Below, one piece after another: positions 24,115-36,149 of a stretch of DNA of 64,000 nt. A program made the position numbers and the translations under genes. Position 1 is the first letter of the stretch. Each line of letters opens with the position of its first letter. Source of the DNA: Neoechinorhynchus agilis (Eukaryota > Animalia > Acanthocephala); the NCBI GenBank assembly GCA_051530055.1, contig CM121341.1, forward strand, positions 11,076,784 through 11,140,783. The letters are read 5' to 3'. A model generated the notes under the pieces. It was not told the origin of the DNA. It searched no databases and was given only the letters and a program-made list of their open reading frames with translations.

Positions 24115-24513
24115 CACTTCTGGGTTCTCGCTTTCAGAATCGTTTTCGATTTGTAGCCGTGGCTCCTTGTATTGCCGAAACAACTAACCGGGAAATCCAT
24201 TATCGGACGGCGACAAACACAAATTTACAAAAAACTGAGGCACGAATTATTGATGAATTTCAGGAGCAATTCTAGCATTGAGGACATAGTTCGATTTCTG
24301 CTTACTTTCCGCGCTGAAATCCATCATTCGACGTCTTCTGGAACAGTACCACATTTGAACGGATCTGGGATCTTCTCCAAAGAACTCCGCAATTCTGTTC
24401 ATTCTTTCCTGATTTGGCATCGAATATTCTCTGAAGCTGATCTCCAGAAGTGCCTCTTCCATCTTTGAGAATTGGTCACAACCAAAACATTAACGTTGTC
24501 CGTTTTGAAAGAT
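24115..24513 (-). pseudogene. Paralog of the 19371 homeobox-like gene; ATG lost and 3 in-frame stops, leaving an internal 71-aa ORF at 24247-24462
   Basis: Alignable over the whole CDS and the proximal upstream region (attctcaaaccgaaaatat shared). atg is now atc; TAA, TAA and TAG lie in frame. Confidence 0.75.
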
Positions 24514-24849
24514 ATTTTCGGTTTGAGAATGATTGAATCATGAATTTGGTGGGTCAGTGTCTTGATTGAACGAAGACATCGTCTTTCCGCTTAACCTCAT
24601 TCGGATGATCCGCAAATCTTCTAATATACAAAGCAGAATTGCGCCGTGCGCGTTTGTCCGTTTTTGTTTGAAGATTTTTATATAAAAGCGCGCGTCCGTC
24701 CGCGAGCATCTGAAACACGCTGACAGCGAGAAATACGATTTGCGCACAAAACATGATTAGGATGGTGACGTCAAAGGGGAGCTGAACGTCTAGAAGAGTG
24801 GCAGGCGTACGATTGCAAAACGAGAGAGAGATCGGAATTGGATGTATGG

Positions 24850-27310
24850 ATCAAGAAGGACTTTGAAACTCCATATGAGCGAGAGACGTACGATGGCTGC
24901 ATTTACGACGAGTAAAGCACCAGAGCATCAGGGAATGCAACGTGCGAGTGAAACATCTACTGAACAACGGAGCGGCAGGTTGCCTACGAGCAGATGGCGA
25001 ACTGCCATGTTCGTTGGTGCACAATGAAAGTGTGATCTACAAAACGTCGGTTTCGCATATAATCCACACATTCTCGAAAAATGAAGATGGTCGCGTCGTT
25101 ATTGGTAGCTTGGACGAGATGGGTCGTTATTGTGGAGCTCTGAGGTGCAGGAGAGAATCACCCGGGTTATTCGAATGGGAATGTCATGCCGCTCCCTTTG
25201 CGTCTTCCGATCGAACCTCCACATTCGTTACTGTTTGCAGCGACACCACGTTCTAAATACTTTATAGAAAAAATATTTTTGGAAACATAATTCGTTTTTT
25301 CAAATGGCGTCGTTCGAGAATAAGCGAGTGATCCCAAGATGAAAAAATGATCTGTGAAAATCGCACGAAATCGTGTGCACAGACGTTCCTGGACATGGCG
25401 TCTCCTGCGTGCTTAAGCTTCCCTGAACGGTACTGTATCTCGTATATGAATTCAGAGAGATCGGGTCGCCATCGCACCACATTTTCGCTTTTAATATTGA
25501 TCTTGTGATCATCTCGGAAAATGAACGGTACCGATTGTTTGTCCGTTATTTTAGTAAACTTTCTGCCGCACAAGTAATGTCGCCAATATTTTGCCGCTTC
25601 AATTATCGCGACGGCTTCCTTCTGCATGGACGAAAATCGCACTTCGGATTTGTTGAGAGTGCGAGAAAAAAATGCGACGGGACGTCCAGCTTGAGTCACA
25701 ACACCTCCAATAGCATAGCAGGATGCGTCGGTGGTTATAGTCTATGGCGGAGAGCGTAGATTCCATTATTAGTTTCCTAACGACCTCGAATGATTTGACG
25801 GCAGTCGCACTCAGTGGGAACAACGACGAATTGTTGAGGTCATGTACGAGTTCCGAAAAATGCTTGACCCATTTCGTGTAGTGAGCGAAGAGTCCGAGAA
25901 CTCGCTGAAGTTCATTAGCGTTCTCAGGAACTTTTATTTTGGCTAGAGACTTTATACCTGAGTTCATTGACGATCTCGTAACCAAGAACTTTTCTTTCTC
26001 TTATGCCGATCATTAAGAGTTATAGCATATTTTGGGACAGCTTGCTTGATTCGACTGAGATTCTGGTCATGCTCTTTTCGGTCTATCACGCCAATGATAA
26101 CATCGTCGAGATAAGCCACAGAACCTTCCAACTTCTCATTGTCTACTATAGTATTGATTATTCGTTGGAAGGTACCCACTCCGTTTGTTATATCGAACTG
26201 ATACGATCGGTTGTTTGCCTCGAATGCAGTATACGGTCGATCCTTTTCCTTCAGCGGAATCTGGTGGTAGCCGGACTTCAGGTCGATTTTACTAAACACT
26301 TCGTATGTTGCCACTTTTTCCACGATTTCGTTGATTCTTGGGAGCGGATATGCATCCAGTTTAGCGTACCGATTGACCTTTTGGCTGTACTCTACAACCA
26401 TTCTAGGTTTACTCTTCTTGGTAACCACGAGAACTTGTGCCCTCCAAGGTGAGTTGCTGATCTCGATAACGTCATCTTCAAGGAGGCGCGCGATTTCCTT
26501 TATGAAATTCTGCATATCGCGCCGAGACTTGATCGTTAGAATCTCTTCGCTTGTTTCATCGCTCATGTTGAAGACCACTTGAGAATGTAAGCGCAGGAAC
26601 GGCAGTCCCAGTGTGATAGGGAAACACAGGTTCTCCATTACAAAAAATATGTCTTGGTAGGACCTTTCATTTACCTTGAAAGTTAGCGAGCATTGCTTCC
26701 GACACCTGATACTTCTATTTGTATCTGCTAATTCCACTTTAGCTCTGCACGGTTTGGTTTTGATTTTTGCTGCTTTCACTATGGATGCAGACACGAAATT
26801 AGGAGTGCTGCCGCTGTTATTGTGGAGCTCTGAGGTGGAGGAGAGAATCGCCCGGGTTGTTCGAATGGCAATGGAGGCAGTGGGTTCACGCTGACGTTCA
26901 AAGCCCAAGAAGAGGTTAACCACACTATCGGATCATTGCTCCTATCGCCTGATCGAACGGGATGCAGTGGGTTCACGCTGACGTTCAAAGCCCAAGAAGA
27001 GGTTAACCACACTATCGGGTCATTACTCCTATCGCCTGATCGAACGGGAGGCAGTGGGTTCACGCCACGTTCAAAGTCCATGAAGAGATTAACCACACTA
27101 TCGGGTCATTGCTCCTATCGCCTGATCGAACGGGAGGCAGTGGGTTCATGCCGACGTTCAAAGTCCATGAAGAGGTTAACCACACTATCGGGTCATTACT
27201 CCTATCGCCTGATCGAACAAGAGATAGTCGGTTCACCCCGACGTTTAGAGGCCGATTGTAGGTTTATCATACTATCTGGTCATTACTCCTATCGCCTGAT
27301 CGAACGGCTG
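24850..27310 (-). mobile_element. Deleted Ty3/gypsy LTR retrotransposon (PR-RT-RNaseH-partial INT)
   Basis: NSGSTPNFV (protease site, D to N), SPWRAQVLVV, KPRMVVEY, DAYPLP, FSKIDLKSGYHQIPL, YLDDVII, RPVAFFSR, FT.ITD, DAMSR, YLERGVA. Confidence 0.9.
26876..27306. repeat. Five ~87-bp tandem repeats at the 5' side of the gypsy pol
   Basis: Unit gcagtgggttcacgctgacgttcaaag...ggttaaccacactatcgggtcatt.ctcctatcgcctgatcgaacggga. Divergence increases rightwards. Confidence 0.92.
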
Positions 27311-27369
27311 AATTTCTGCAGATTTATTTCATGGGTGATGTGTCCACTACAACGAATCATAGACAGAGT

Positions 27370-27905
27370 TTCATAGTGAACGTGTGACTCGATATAGTAA
27401 CGGAACTCGAACAGTTGCTGAAAGAGTGACACTTTTCAAGACAGCACTCGAACGCATCCTACTGATAAATATAAATTGGTTATCCGGGCTGATAAAACGC
27501 CAGAGGAGAGCATCAATGATGACGCTTCAATGCTCCAACTATTGAAGAAGTTGCGATTGTCATGGCAAACGCGACATTATGCTTAAAAACAGGAGTAATT
27601 GTCTTCAACGTGTCGCGCACACGCATAGGTCGTACGACGCATTTCGATATTCTCTAATATTCTGGGAACGTGGCGGCGGCTATTTACTTTGGTATTGCAC
27701 AATCAGATCCTGCTACCGAGAATCCAGTATGAGAGGAGGAAATTGAGTGCGATGTCTTTTTATGTGGATCGACTGTTTCCTAGACGTTCACAAAAGAGAA
27801 TCACATCGTGCAATGCAGGCAACTGTTCCATCAATACGTTGTGGATATGTACGCGTTGAACGTTTACTTTTATTAGACTCAATCAGAAGAAGCTCCGAGC
27901 GGAAT
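27370..27905 (+). mobile_element. Helitron Rep/helicase N-terminal fragment
   Basis: Across frameshifts: FKTALE, YKLVIRADK.P, RFNAPTIEEVAIVM, LQRV..THRSYDA..Y.LIFW, CRQLFHQYVVDMYA, RLNQKKLRAE. Confidence 0.85.
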
Positions 27906-27909
27906 CAAC

Positions 27910-29615
27910 GACGAAACCTCACGAACTATTCGTCTCAAACATCCCAGTGACGGCGGTGGACAGTATTTCGAAGAATCCTCGTGATGACAATCTCATTATT
28001 TGCTAACGGATCAGCTCACGATCTTGACGGACTCCGGCCCCAACACCTAAAGGATATGAATTCCTTTTGAGTAGGTGACGCTGCTCAATTCCTTCAAGAT
28101 GCATTGGCACATCTAGTCGATTAATTTGCAATGGGAGAGTTAATTCCTAGGGGACTTCACCTCCGTTGTTGTTCAATAACCACGTTTTGTGGTCAGAAAC
28201 AGGAGTTCAACAAGATTATCCTTTAAGCCCAATAGCCTTCTCACTCACTCAGGTAACCCTTCTGTAGTACTGCTCGATTTGGAGACACTCATGAAGAAGA
28301 CGACGAGAATTGACATTGAATTGAATGTTGCGAGATGCGAGATTTCAGTGATGCAAACTATCGTGAACGATTTTCAGGACCTGGCCGCTGGGGTAGAATT
28401 GATCATTCTGAACCGGTTGAGTCTTCTAGACAGCTATATTTTTGGTTCTAATGTTCAAGCAGATTTTGCTAATCTTCAACCGCAACTTTCAGTGCTGTTC
28501 GAACGAGTTGATTATTTATCCTCACGTGAGGCTCTGTTCCTGATCAAGAACACCTTTTTCATTCCAAAATTGCTCTTTAAGCTGCGCACGCACACAAGAC
28601 GGTGAAAGCCTCTATCGAAAAATTTTAAATGCTCATTTGTTGGACGAGGCCTTACGTAAAGCGTCCTTGCCTGTGTCGTCTGGTGGTTTGGGTATCCAAA
28701 AAGCAGCCGATATTTCTGTCAGCTTATGTGGAATCGTATGAATCAAATCGCAAAATAGTTCAGTCATTTCTTAGCGTTGATTACAGGTTGGATGGAGATT
28801 TCGTGGAGGCTATTAATCTTTGGAGTGAATATAATTTGGATAGTAGATACCCGTCAATGGCCGCAAACAACCAGTTTGGGCTCACCCCTGGTAGCCACAA
28901 GTGATAACTCTTTAATTTCAAATTCTCGTGGCCCGGTGAACTGAACTCGATTGACGGTAGTCTCGACTAGAGTATAGGGTGCTTGGCTCAACGCTCTCCC
29001 AATCGGTTCTGTGGTTACCCTTCTCTCCGACGAGACAGTAAGGATTGCAGTGTCCCTCAGACTTCAGGTACCGATGTGCATATCTCATCGCCGCCGTTGC
29101 GGAGCGACCGTGGAACCTTCGGGACACCATGGTCTCGTCTGTCAGAAACCAGATGCGTCGAAGTTCTAAGTAGTTCCCTGAATACTGTGGATGCGCAGAA
29201 CATCCTAGAGCCGAGCAATCTTTGCCAACTCGATGACCTCAGACCGGACGGTGTCACAGTATTCCCGTGGCGAGAAGGCAAATGCCTTGTCTCGGGTGGA
29301 CACGCTCGCAGCCATCAACATACAATTCGGCATCATTAAACCAGGGGGAGCAGTAACCTCGGCTGAGAACCGCGAAAAGACAAAATACCGCGGCCTTGGT
29401 TGAAATCATTATTTTGTTTCCTTTGGCATCGATGCACTTGGGTCGTTTAATATCTCGGCGCAGAACCTGGTCAAGCAATTGTCGAAAAGACTGAGACGAT
29501 TCACTGGCGATCCGAGGGCAGGAGCATTTCTGCTGCAAAAACTAAGTCTAACTGTCTTTTCTTTCAACCAGGACGGCAGCTGAGTGATCCAGAGCGGTGG
29601 CGTGAATGATTTATT
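27910..29615 (+). mobile_element. CRE-clade non-LTR retrotransposon, RT to 3' end, internally deleted
   Basis: DGLRPQHLKDM, AWLNALP, LEPSNL...DDLRPDGVTVFPWREGKCL. 3' end ctgagtgatccagagcggtgg is shared with the 6480 and 8100 copies. Confidence 0.85.
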
Positions 29616-30417
29616 GTCCTAAAAAAAGGGTCTCTTCTTCCAGAACTATTCTGTTGTTTGTTTATGGCGTAAAATTAAAAGAATTGTTTAAATCCGGTAT
29701 TTCGGCATAATCTGGTACGCGTTTATCAAGGTTGCTTGTAAGCGCTTAAATATGTAAAAAAAGAGCTCACAGGCACAAGATTGTGCCGAAATATCGTATA
29801 AACAAACATAATTTATCATTGTTGTTTTCTCATAAAGAGAATCAAAAAATCATTTCTGTCTAGTATTCGATCCCAAAGTGATCTAAATAGGGCGACTGGT
29901 TTCGTTAATTACTTATTGACCAATCAGATGTCGGGCTGCGCTAAGCTGCTTCTCGGTCCAAGATATGCAATTTTTCTTATCAACGACAGTCTGTTAGGTA
30001 AAATCTTTCCCTAAAATCAGTTCTCCCAGCATACTCCCCCTAATAAATAAAATACATCAATTGTAAATAGTAATTATCCCGATGGATTTTATCAAAAAAC
30101 CGATTTAGGTATTACGTCACGAAAAGTGACATTCTTCCGTAATTTGGATATCTAATTATTTGTGACGTCAATGATCGACTTTATTGAGATCAAATTTAAA
30201 GAACGTATTTGAGGACAAAGCAGACGAGATCTCTCATTATGTTCATGCTAGAATAATTGCCTGTTTGAGAAATCGACTGCTTTCAATTTTCAATCATAAA
30301 ACTGGACAATGCACAAACCTTCATTCTACGTCACTGTTAACATACGCATTATTCAAAGAAACGAAAGAACACTTTCTACTTTGCGCCCGTTTTACATTTG
30401 GCTATTTATTTTGAAGA

Positions 30418-33387
30418 ATGACATTCGGACTTTTGGAGTTGTTCGTCATTGGGTTTACGTTCGTAAGTGCGAAATGGGCACCGTTCCACATGCCGGGATT
30501 TATTCCAATAAAATCGACATGGGATTTGTATTATCAATTGCGCACCGCTGAAATTGTCGGAAAATTCGCACCGAAAGAGGTTTCTGCTTTATTTTGCTTT
30601 ATATTTTCTCTTATGAATATATCGAAAGTATAGATTGATTGTGCACTATTGGAATCTCAACTGGAATCAATTGATTCCGACCATGAAAGGTTCTATTTAA
30701 TTGAACAATTCAAAAGTTTAAGTAAATGCGAGGTATGTAGCCTTTTATTTAATTTTTTATTAATCTCTAAAAGATTAAACTCGACCAAGAAGCGAATGAT
30801 GACTTGCTAAGGACTGCAACGACTAGTGAAGAAGTCTTTTATGCGCTTTCATTGAACAATTATGAAATGAACGACGCTAAGGATGCTGTAATGCAGAAAC
30901 CGCTGGAATCTGTTGACCAAATATCATTCACACTTCTGTCTTTAACTTATATTAAAGCTTATAGTGAACTTGATCGAGTGTTCAAAAAGGCCGACGATTG
31001 GTTCGAACGAACTTACGATCTTGATGACCTAACGGTGTTAAGATTTTTTGATTCTTATATCGAAGCAGCAAAACATGTTTCGAGCGGTTATCTCAGTGAT
31101 TCACGAACAAGAATGATCGTCGATCGGATACTTCAGATTCCCACTGAGTCACAAGAACTACTGTTTCTTCAGTTACGCATTTTGTCTGAGCTCAACGAGG
31201 GAAACATTAGTAAGGTTAGTTGTGATCTTTAAACAGTATTGATTCGGAAACAAATCGAACTTAGATTCCAATAGTACTCGATCTGGCGTCTGACATTACA
31301 TATTCGAAGTAGTTGCACTGCGACCAATCAGTCTAAAGAATCTCTCACTCATTTTAATATGCTCTTTTCTCATAAGAACATTAATGACCACGTTCCGGTT
31401 CATAATCCCGAATTTCAAGTATTGAATTGAGTTATTCCGCAAAGACGTCTCGCTTCATCTGCCATTCAAAAGGTTTTAATTATTATATGGGTAAAAACGA
31501 ATCATTTTTCCGGCTCGGGGACGCGGGATCGCATATAAAATAACTAAACGCTTTTAGATGACTGATGAAGCGAGGCCTCGCGCAATTTTACAGGAATATT
31601 TTCTATTCGGAGGAATCACCCCGAAGGATTTTCTCTTGATACTTTCGATTATGCCTTTAAAGAGTGAGAAGTACACTTGTAGGCTGTAATTCTCAAAAAG
31701 ATATTCGTAATTTGACTTTTTTTCGCACAATTAAACGAGTACACCCAAGTCGTAAATCATGGCGTTCGCTCCTTTCAATGCAACTCTTATTTAAATGAAA
31801 AATATAATGTTAGTTTCTTGGAGAGATTGACTTTTTCTCAAAATTGGATTTAAATCGATCGACTGTGTTTACATACACCTATGCCTTCAACATTGACTAT
31901 TTGTGATTTTATTCAGCTCAACTTTACGAAGAATTCTTTCACTAACCACCAATTCCAAATTACTCTTTTTTTTCGGTAAATTCTGCCCAAATTAATACAC
32001 GAGAAAATTTAAGAAAATCATATTTAAACCTAGAAGCAATACTTTCAAATATAAAAATGCAATTTTTTTTTAAATTTTGCTAAAATTTTAGGTTTTTTGT
32101 TTATACTTCCTGATCAAACAAATTTCTGCATAATTTCATCTCAATGTCGCAATGATAAATACTTTATATGTTGCTTATTAGCAAAAAGTTATTGGATGCA
32201 ATTTAGTTTCTTTGGCAAATAGAATTTCTGGCAATTTTTTAATACAGAAACTCAATAATGTGTTTAAGATAAAAAATTCGTTTAAATTGAATTGTTAATG
32301 ATGAAGCAGTGAGTAGGCGTTCATTCCTAGCAACAAAACAACTTAGATTTAAACTTCTTCGAATCATAAACTTTCGACAGCGAACCAGAATGTCGAATTG
32401 TCTCTGATTCAAGTCAAGGACGGAAAGCCATCCCCGACTCCAACACCGACTGAGGTTGTTGCTCGATTTTACGCTTCCAAAATGCTTGTAGCGGTTACCT
32501 CTGATGGAGTGTTTGTTAATGATGTCTTTAGACAAATGAGAGGAATTGACCGCGCTGTTTTAAGCTTAAGTTTTCAAAGTAAGCGATTTATAAGTGAAAA
32601 GGATCAGTTGGTGAGTACTAGAGTTAGAATGTTATTTTCGTTATAAAATTTATATAGTCATTTGAAGTGTTTGCTGAAAGAAAACCCGATTTAAAGCGTA
32701 TAATAATAAAGGTGACTAATTCCAACGACGGAACAAAAGTATACGAGTTGGTATTATTTCTCGTCTGACTAATCTTACCATGAACACAGGAATAAAATTC
32801 CAGATAAAGTAGTTGCTGAAAAAGAACTCAAGATAACTTTGGAAGCAGAAGCCACAAAACATAAACAAGTTCTTGTTTTGGTCCGAAAGGATTGTCATGC
32901 TCCACAAGACGTATACAGACAAGTACCAAAGGATGGGACGTTTTCGATAAACCTCAGTCAAATTCGATCAGGGAAATACGATGTCCTTTTACTCATCTAT
33001 GGATCTTCAGTTGAACCTGAACGACGATCACTCGGTAACGTCATGGTTATCGGTGCGTCAGGCAACGAAACTAACAAGCCTAAACCGGAAATTGTTCACA
33101 AATTCAGAGATCCAGATCCAGAACCTGCATTCACAATCACAATCGTGTTCACATTAGCAGCCTTAATGCCTCCTGTGGCTCTTTTCGTTTTGTATACAAT
33201 CGGCGGCCAATTCAAAGTGTCCTGTGCGTCGTTATCTACACTTCCACTCATGTTCCTTCTGTTGCAAGTTGCATTCATATTGGCTCTTTGCTACTCATGG
33301 GTAAAATTGAACATGTTCCAGACGATGCAACTCGTTGTTCCGATCTATTGTCTCACGCATTTTGTAGGCAATGGACTTTTGTCTTAA
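30418..33387 (+). CDS. RPN2: Oligosaccharyltransferase subunit ribophorin II, multi-exon
   Basis: N-terminal signal-like segment; HKQVLVL; SGKYDVLLLI; KPKPEIVHKFRDPDPEP followed by three TM helices and YSWVKLNMFQT...VGNGLLS*. Short GT-AG introns at ~30580-30632, 30733-30773 and 31215-31264. Confidence 0.88.
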
Positions 33388-33705
33388 ATTTGATGGAATT
33401 AAAAGAAAAGTCATGTGCGCAAGTTCATCGAGTCTTTAATGGCCCGGCAAACTTTTTGTTCAATATTATACCCATTTTTCAGCTAAGGAGCAACGAAATT
33501 TGATATCGCTGTAATAATATTTTCCTTATGAATTCTGTACATTAGTGAATAAATTTAAATATTTACTTATTAGTTTTTTAAAGATTCATCATTTTCTTTG
33601 ACTATAGCTTCCACTAATTTGCTCTTGGTAAAGAATTCCGTGTGCTTTTAAACAAGAACTTCATGATTTTAAAACACGGATAGGGCAAAATGAGTTTTTA
33701 GATTT

Positions 33706-33868
33706 AAAATCTGTTTCATTGTATGAATCCTTGATTGCAGCGCAAATCCACATTGGAATTTGGTGGTGGCGTTCTTTTTTCTAAAAGGAAGTGAGGAATC
33801 GACGCAACCTCTAAATTCCAATGTGGATTTGCGCTACAGTCAAATATCCATACAATGAAACATATTTT
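33706..33868. repeat. Inverted repeat: ~56-bp arms, 23-bp perfect core, 51-nt spacer (MITE-like or hairpin RNA)
   Basis: agcgcaaatccacattggaattt (33739-33761) vs aaattccaatgtggatttgcgct (33813-33835); the outer arm tgtttcattgtatg also pairs. Confidence 0.88.
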
Positions 33869-35070
33869 TAGTAATCACTCATTGAGCAATTCTCACGATT
33901 TTATCTCTAATTATGTACGAGAAGCTGAATTCCTATTTTGCTATATGAAACAGCTCCTCATAGATCCTTTTATTGATTTGTTTAAAAAATGATAAGTTTA
34001 GTAAAAAAAGAAAGGTCGTGCAACGTAATTTGCCATTTTTTTTCGATTATTACAATTTCGAATGAAACCGAATTTCATGCGAACAACAATGAATCGAAGA
34101 TAATTTTATGGTCATAAGCTTTATCGAATATAAAAACTGAAGTATTCAAAATAAAAATGCAATACAAAAAATATCTTTAGATCACACAGAAAATAGTTCC
34201 GCGTTCGAAGAAACCCATAAATAATCCGAATTGTAGAATCTTATCAGGTTTTTTTAGTTTCAGTAAAAGGTTATAAATGATCAATGATAGACCTCATCAA
34301 ATCAGTACAAACCCATCAGCGAAGCATGAACACATAGCGACGCACATACGAATATATCAAATTTCACGGAACACAGTTCGCTGTTATTGGACACATGAAT
34401 ACAAGAGCTTCTATTCACAACATTTGGCGACCTTGGGAAAACTGGACGGCAAATTGAGGTCGCATGTGTATTTAAAATCACTATTTTTGATACAGCACGG
34501 ATCGTATAACTCTTCCTTCCCAGAATTCCTCTATTCATTGGATAGTACAAAAAAGATACGGAACAAGATAACAGGCCAGCAGGATGCGTCACCATGTGAT
34601 TGGTTTAAACGGAGTATGTCGGAATGGCTTTCTAAAACTGGACAAAAAAGCTAGGCATCCATAATATCCTCTAGTCCGGGTATCTATTCCGCTCAAAAGC
34701 GAGCGACGGGATGGAACGACACGTCTTTTTAACGCAATTTAATACTATAACGACAAATCGCTGTTCACTCATTATCAAAATGGGTTCAGCCAAAACATTA
34801 ACAGTTTCAGGAATGCGAGACCGATCGTATTCCTCTGCTGCAGATAATAATGAAGGTCAAAATTGAAAAAGATATAATCACTTATTTCGCTAAGCTGGTT
34901 TCCCATAGGGCATTTAAATAACTAATTATAAGATAGTAAAGGAAATGAGTAGTTATTAACATCAAAGTAACTAATTATCGGTCCGTTGAATCATTGTGAA
35001 AGTTCTAATTTTTTTCTAATTAACAACAATAAGGGTGCATATTTATTAGATTGCCACCAATATAGATGAC

Positions 35071-35128
35071 CACGTGGTCACGTGTATCGAAGAAACGCAC
35101 GATCGAATTCCCCTCCTTCAAATATAAA
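35071..35128 (+). promoter_or_regulatory. Twin CACGTG E-boxes plus TATAAA upstream of the 35173 ORF
   Basis: CACGTG at 35071 and 35079, TATAAA at 35123-35128, ATG at 35173. Confidence 0.5.
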
Positions 35129-35172
35129 GACTATCGATAACAACTTTCAAACCCTACGTCTTAAAGAGAGAG

Positions 35173-35850
35173 ATGCAACGACGAATCAGTGATCACTCAC
35201 CAATCTTCAAGAGATCGAAACGGTCTTGGTCACGTTTAAATCGATTCGAAACTAATCGAAAATCAAGGAAATATCATCGATCACGCAAAAGTCACGACAG
35301 AGACCGAAATCAAATGCCAGTTTTCGAGCGTCGAGGTGATCATTCAACATGGCACACACGAAATGCTAGTCGACGACGGAAAGACGATGAAAGTAAATTT
35401 TATCCACCTCAATGGCGAGCCAATCCGAATTACAATTATCGACCGCCATCTTACAACCGAAATTACCGAAGATATCGTAATTACTGGCGGGAAACAAGAC
35501 CGTACAATCGCCAAGAGCTTCAAGCAAGACCGTGGTCGCCAGAATTATATAGAAGGCAGCAATTTCGAAAAAGAGAGTCACGGCCGGAAAAGACTAGACG
35601 GTACAATCGCCGAGGGCGTGAAACAAGACCACAGTCGCCAAAGTTATATAGAAGGCAGCAAGTTCGAGAAAGAGAGCCACGGCCGCAAAACGATCGCAAT
35701 ATCAGAAAACGTCCCCAAGTGACATTGGAGTTTCTTGATAAACAATTAGATGACTACATGGCAAAATGTGCAATTGAGCGAATGGCCAAGAGACTTGCAT
35801 CAGAGACCACCCAATCAAATCATTGTGAATCGAAAAACGAAAAACTGTAG
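35173..35850 (+). CDS. Intronless Arg-rich protein with a FoP/ALYREF/CHTOP-type C-terminal motif
   Basis: VTLEFLDKQLDDYMAK matches the LD.ELD.YM UAP56-binding motif. The rest is R/S/Y-rich with a 33-aa internal duplication. No RRM seen. Confidence 0.7.
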   Translation: MQRRISDHSPIFKRSKRSWSRLNRFETNRKSRKYHRSRKSHDRDRNQMPVFERRGDHSTWHTRNASRRRKDDESKFYPPQWRANPNYNYRPPSYNRNYRRYRNYWRETRPYNRQELQARPWSPELYRRQQFRKRESRPEKTRRYNRRGRETRPQSPKLYRRQQVREREPRPQNDRNIRKRPQVTLEFLDKQLDDYMAKCAIERMAKRLASETTQSNHCESKNEKL

Positions 35851-36149
35851 ACATTATATAATTCAAAGATATATACCAGCACCAGCTTTAAAGTTTGTCG
35901 AATAAAATTCATAATCTTAACAATGGATGATCGTGAAATACTGTAAAAATAAAATAACTTACCAGAATATCAAAAGACGTCCTAAAAAATCATAACAGAC
36001 CATTGAAATAACATAGAGCAAAGAATTCCAAGCAGTAATTGAAGTTTACGGAATGATTCTCTTGAATTCGATAAAAAAATTATTATTTGATTTCAAAGTA
36101 AACTGCCACGACTAAAGAAATCGCTGTTTAGTCGAAAATACATTTAAGA

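Noticed and set aside
24247-24492. TAA-to-Gln genetic code reassignment, suggested by two TAA aligned to CAA
   Set aside because: TAA is the normal terminator of GST, RPN2 and the 19371 paralog. CAA to TAA is a common nonsense transition, and the third stop is TAG aligned to Asp.
26876-27306. CRISPR-like array
   Set aside because: Whole 87-bp units are similar with no unique spacers, there are no cas genes, and the context is a eukaryotic retrotransposon.
34277-34654. 125-aa ORF
   Set aside because: No motif, no clear promoter or splice support; not distinguishable from chance.
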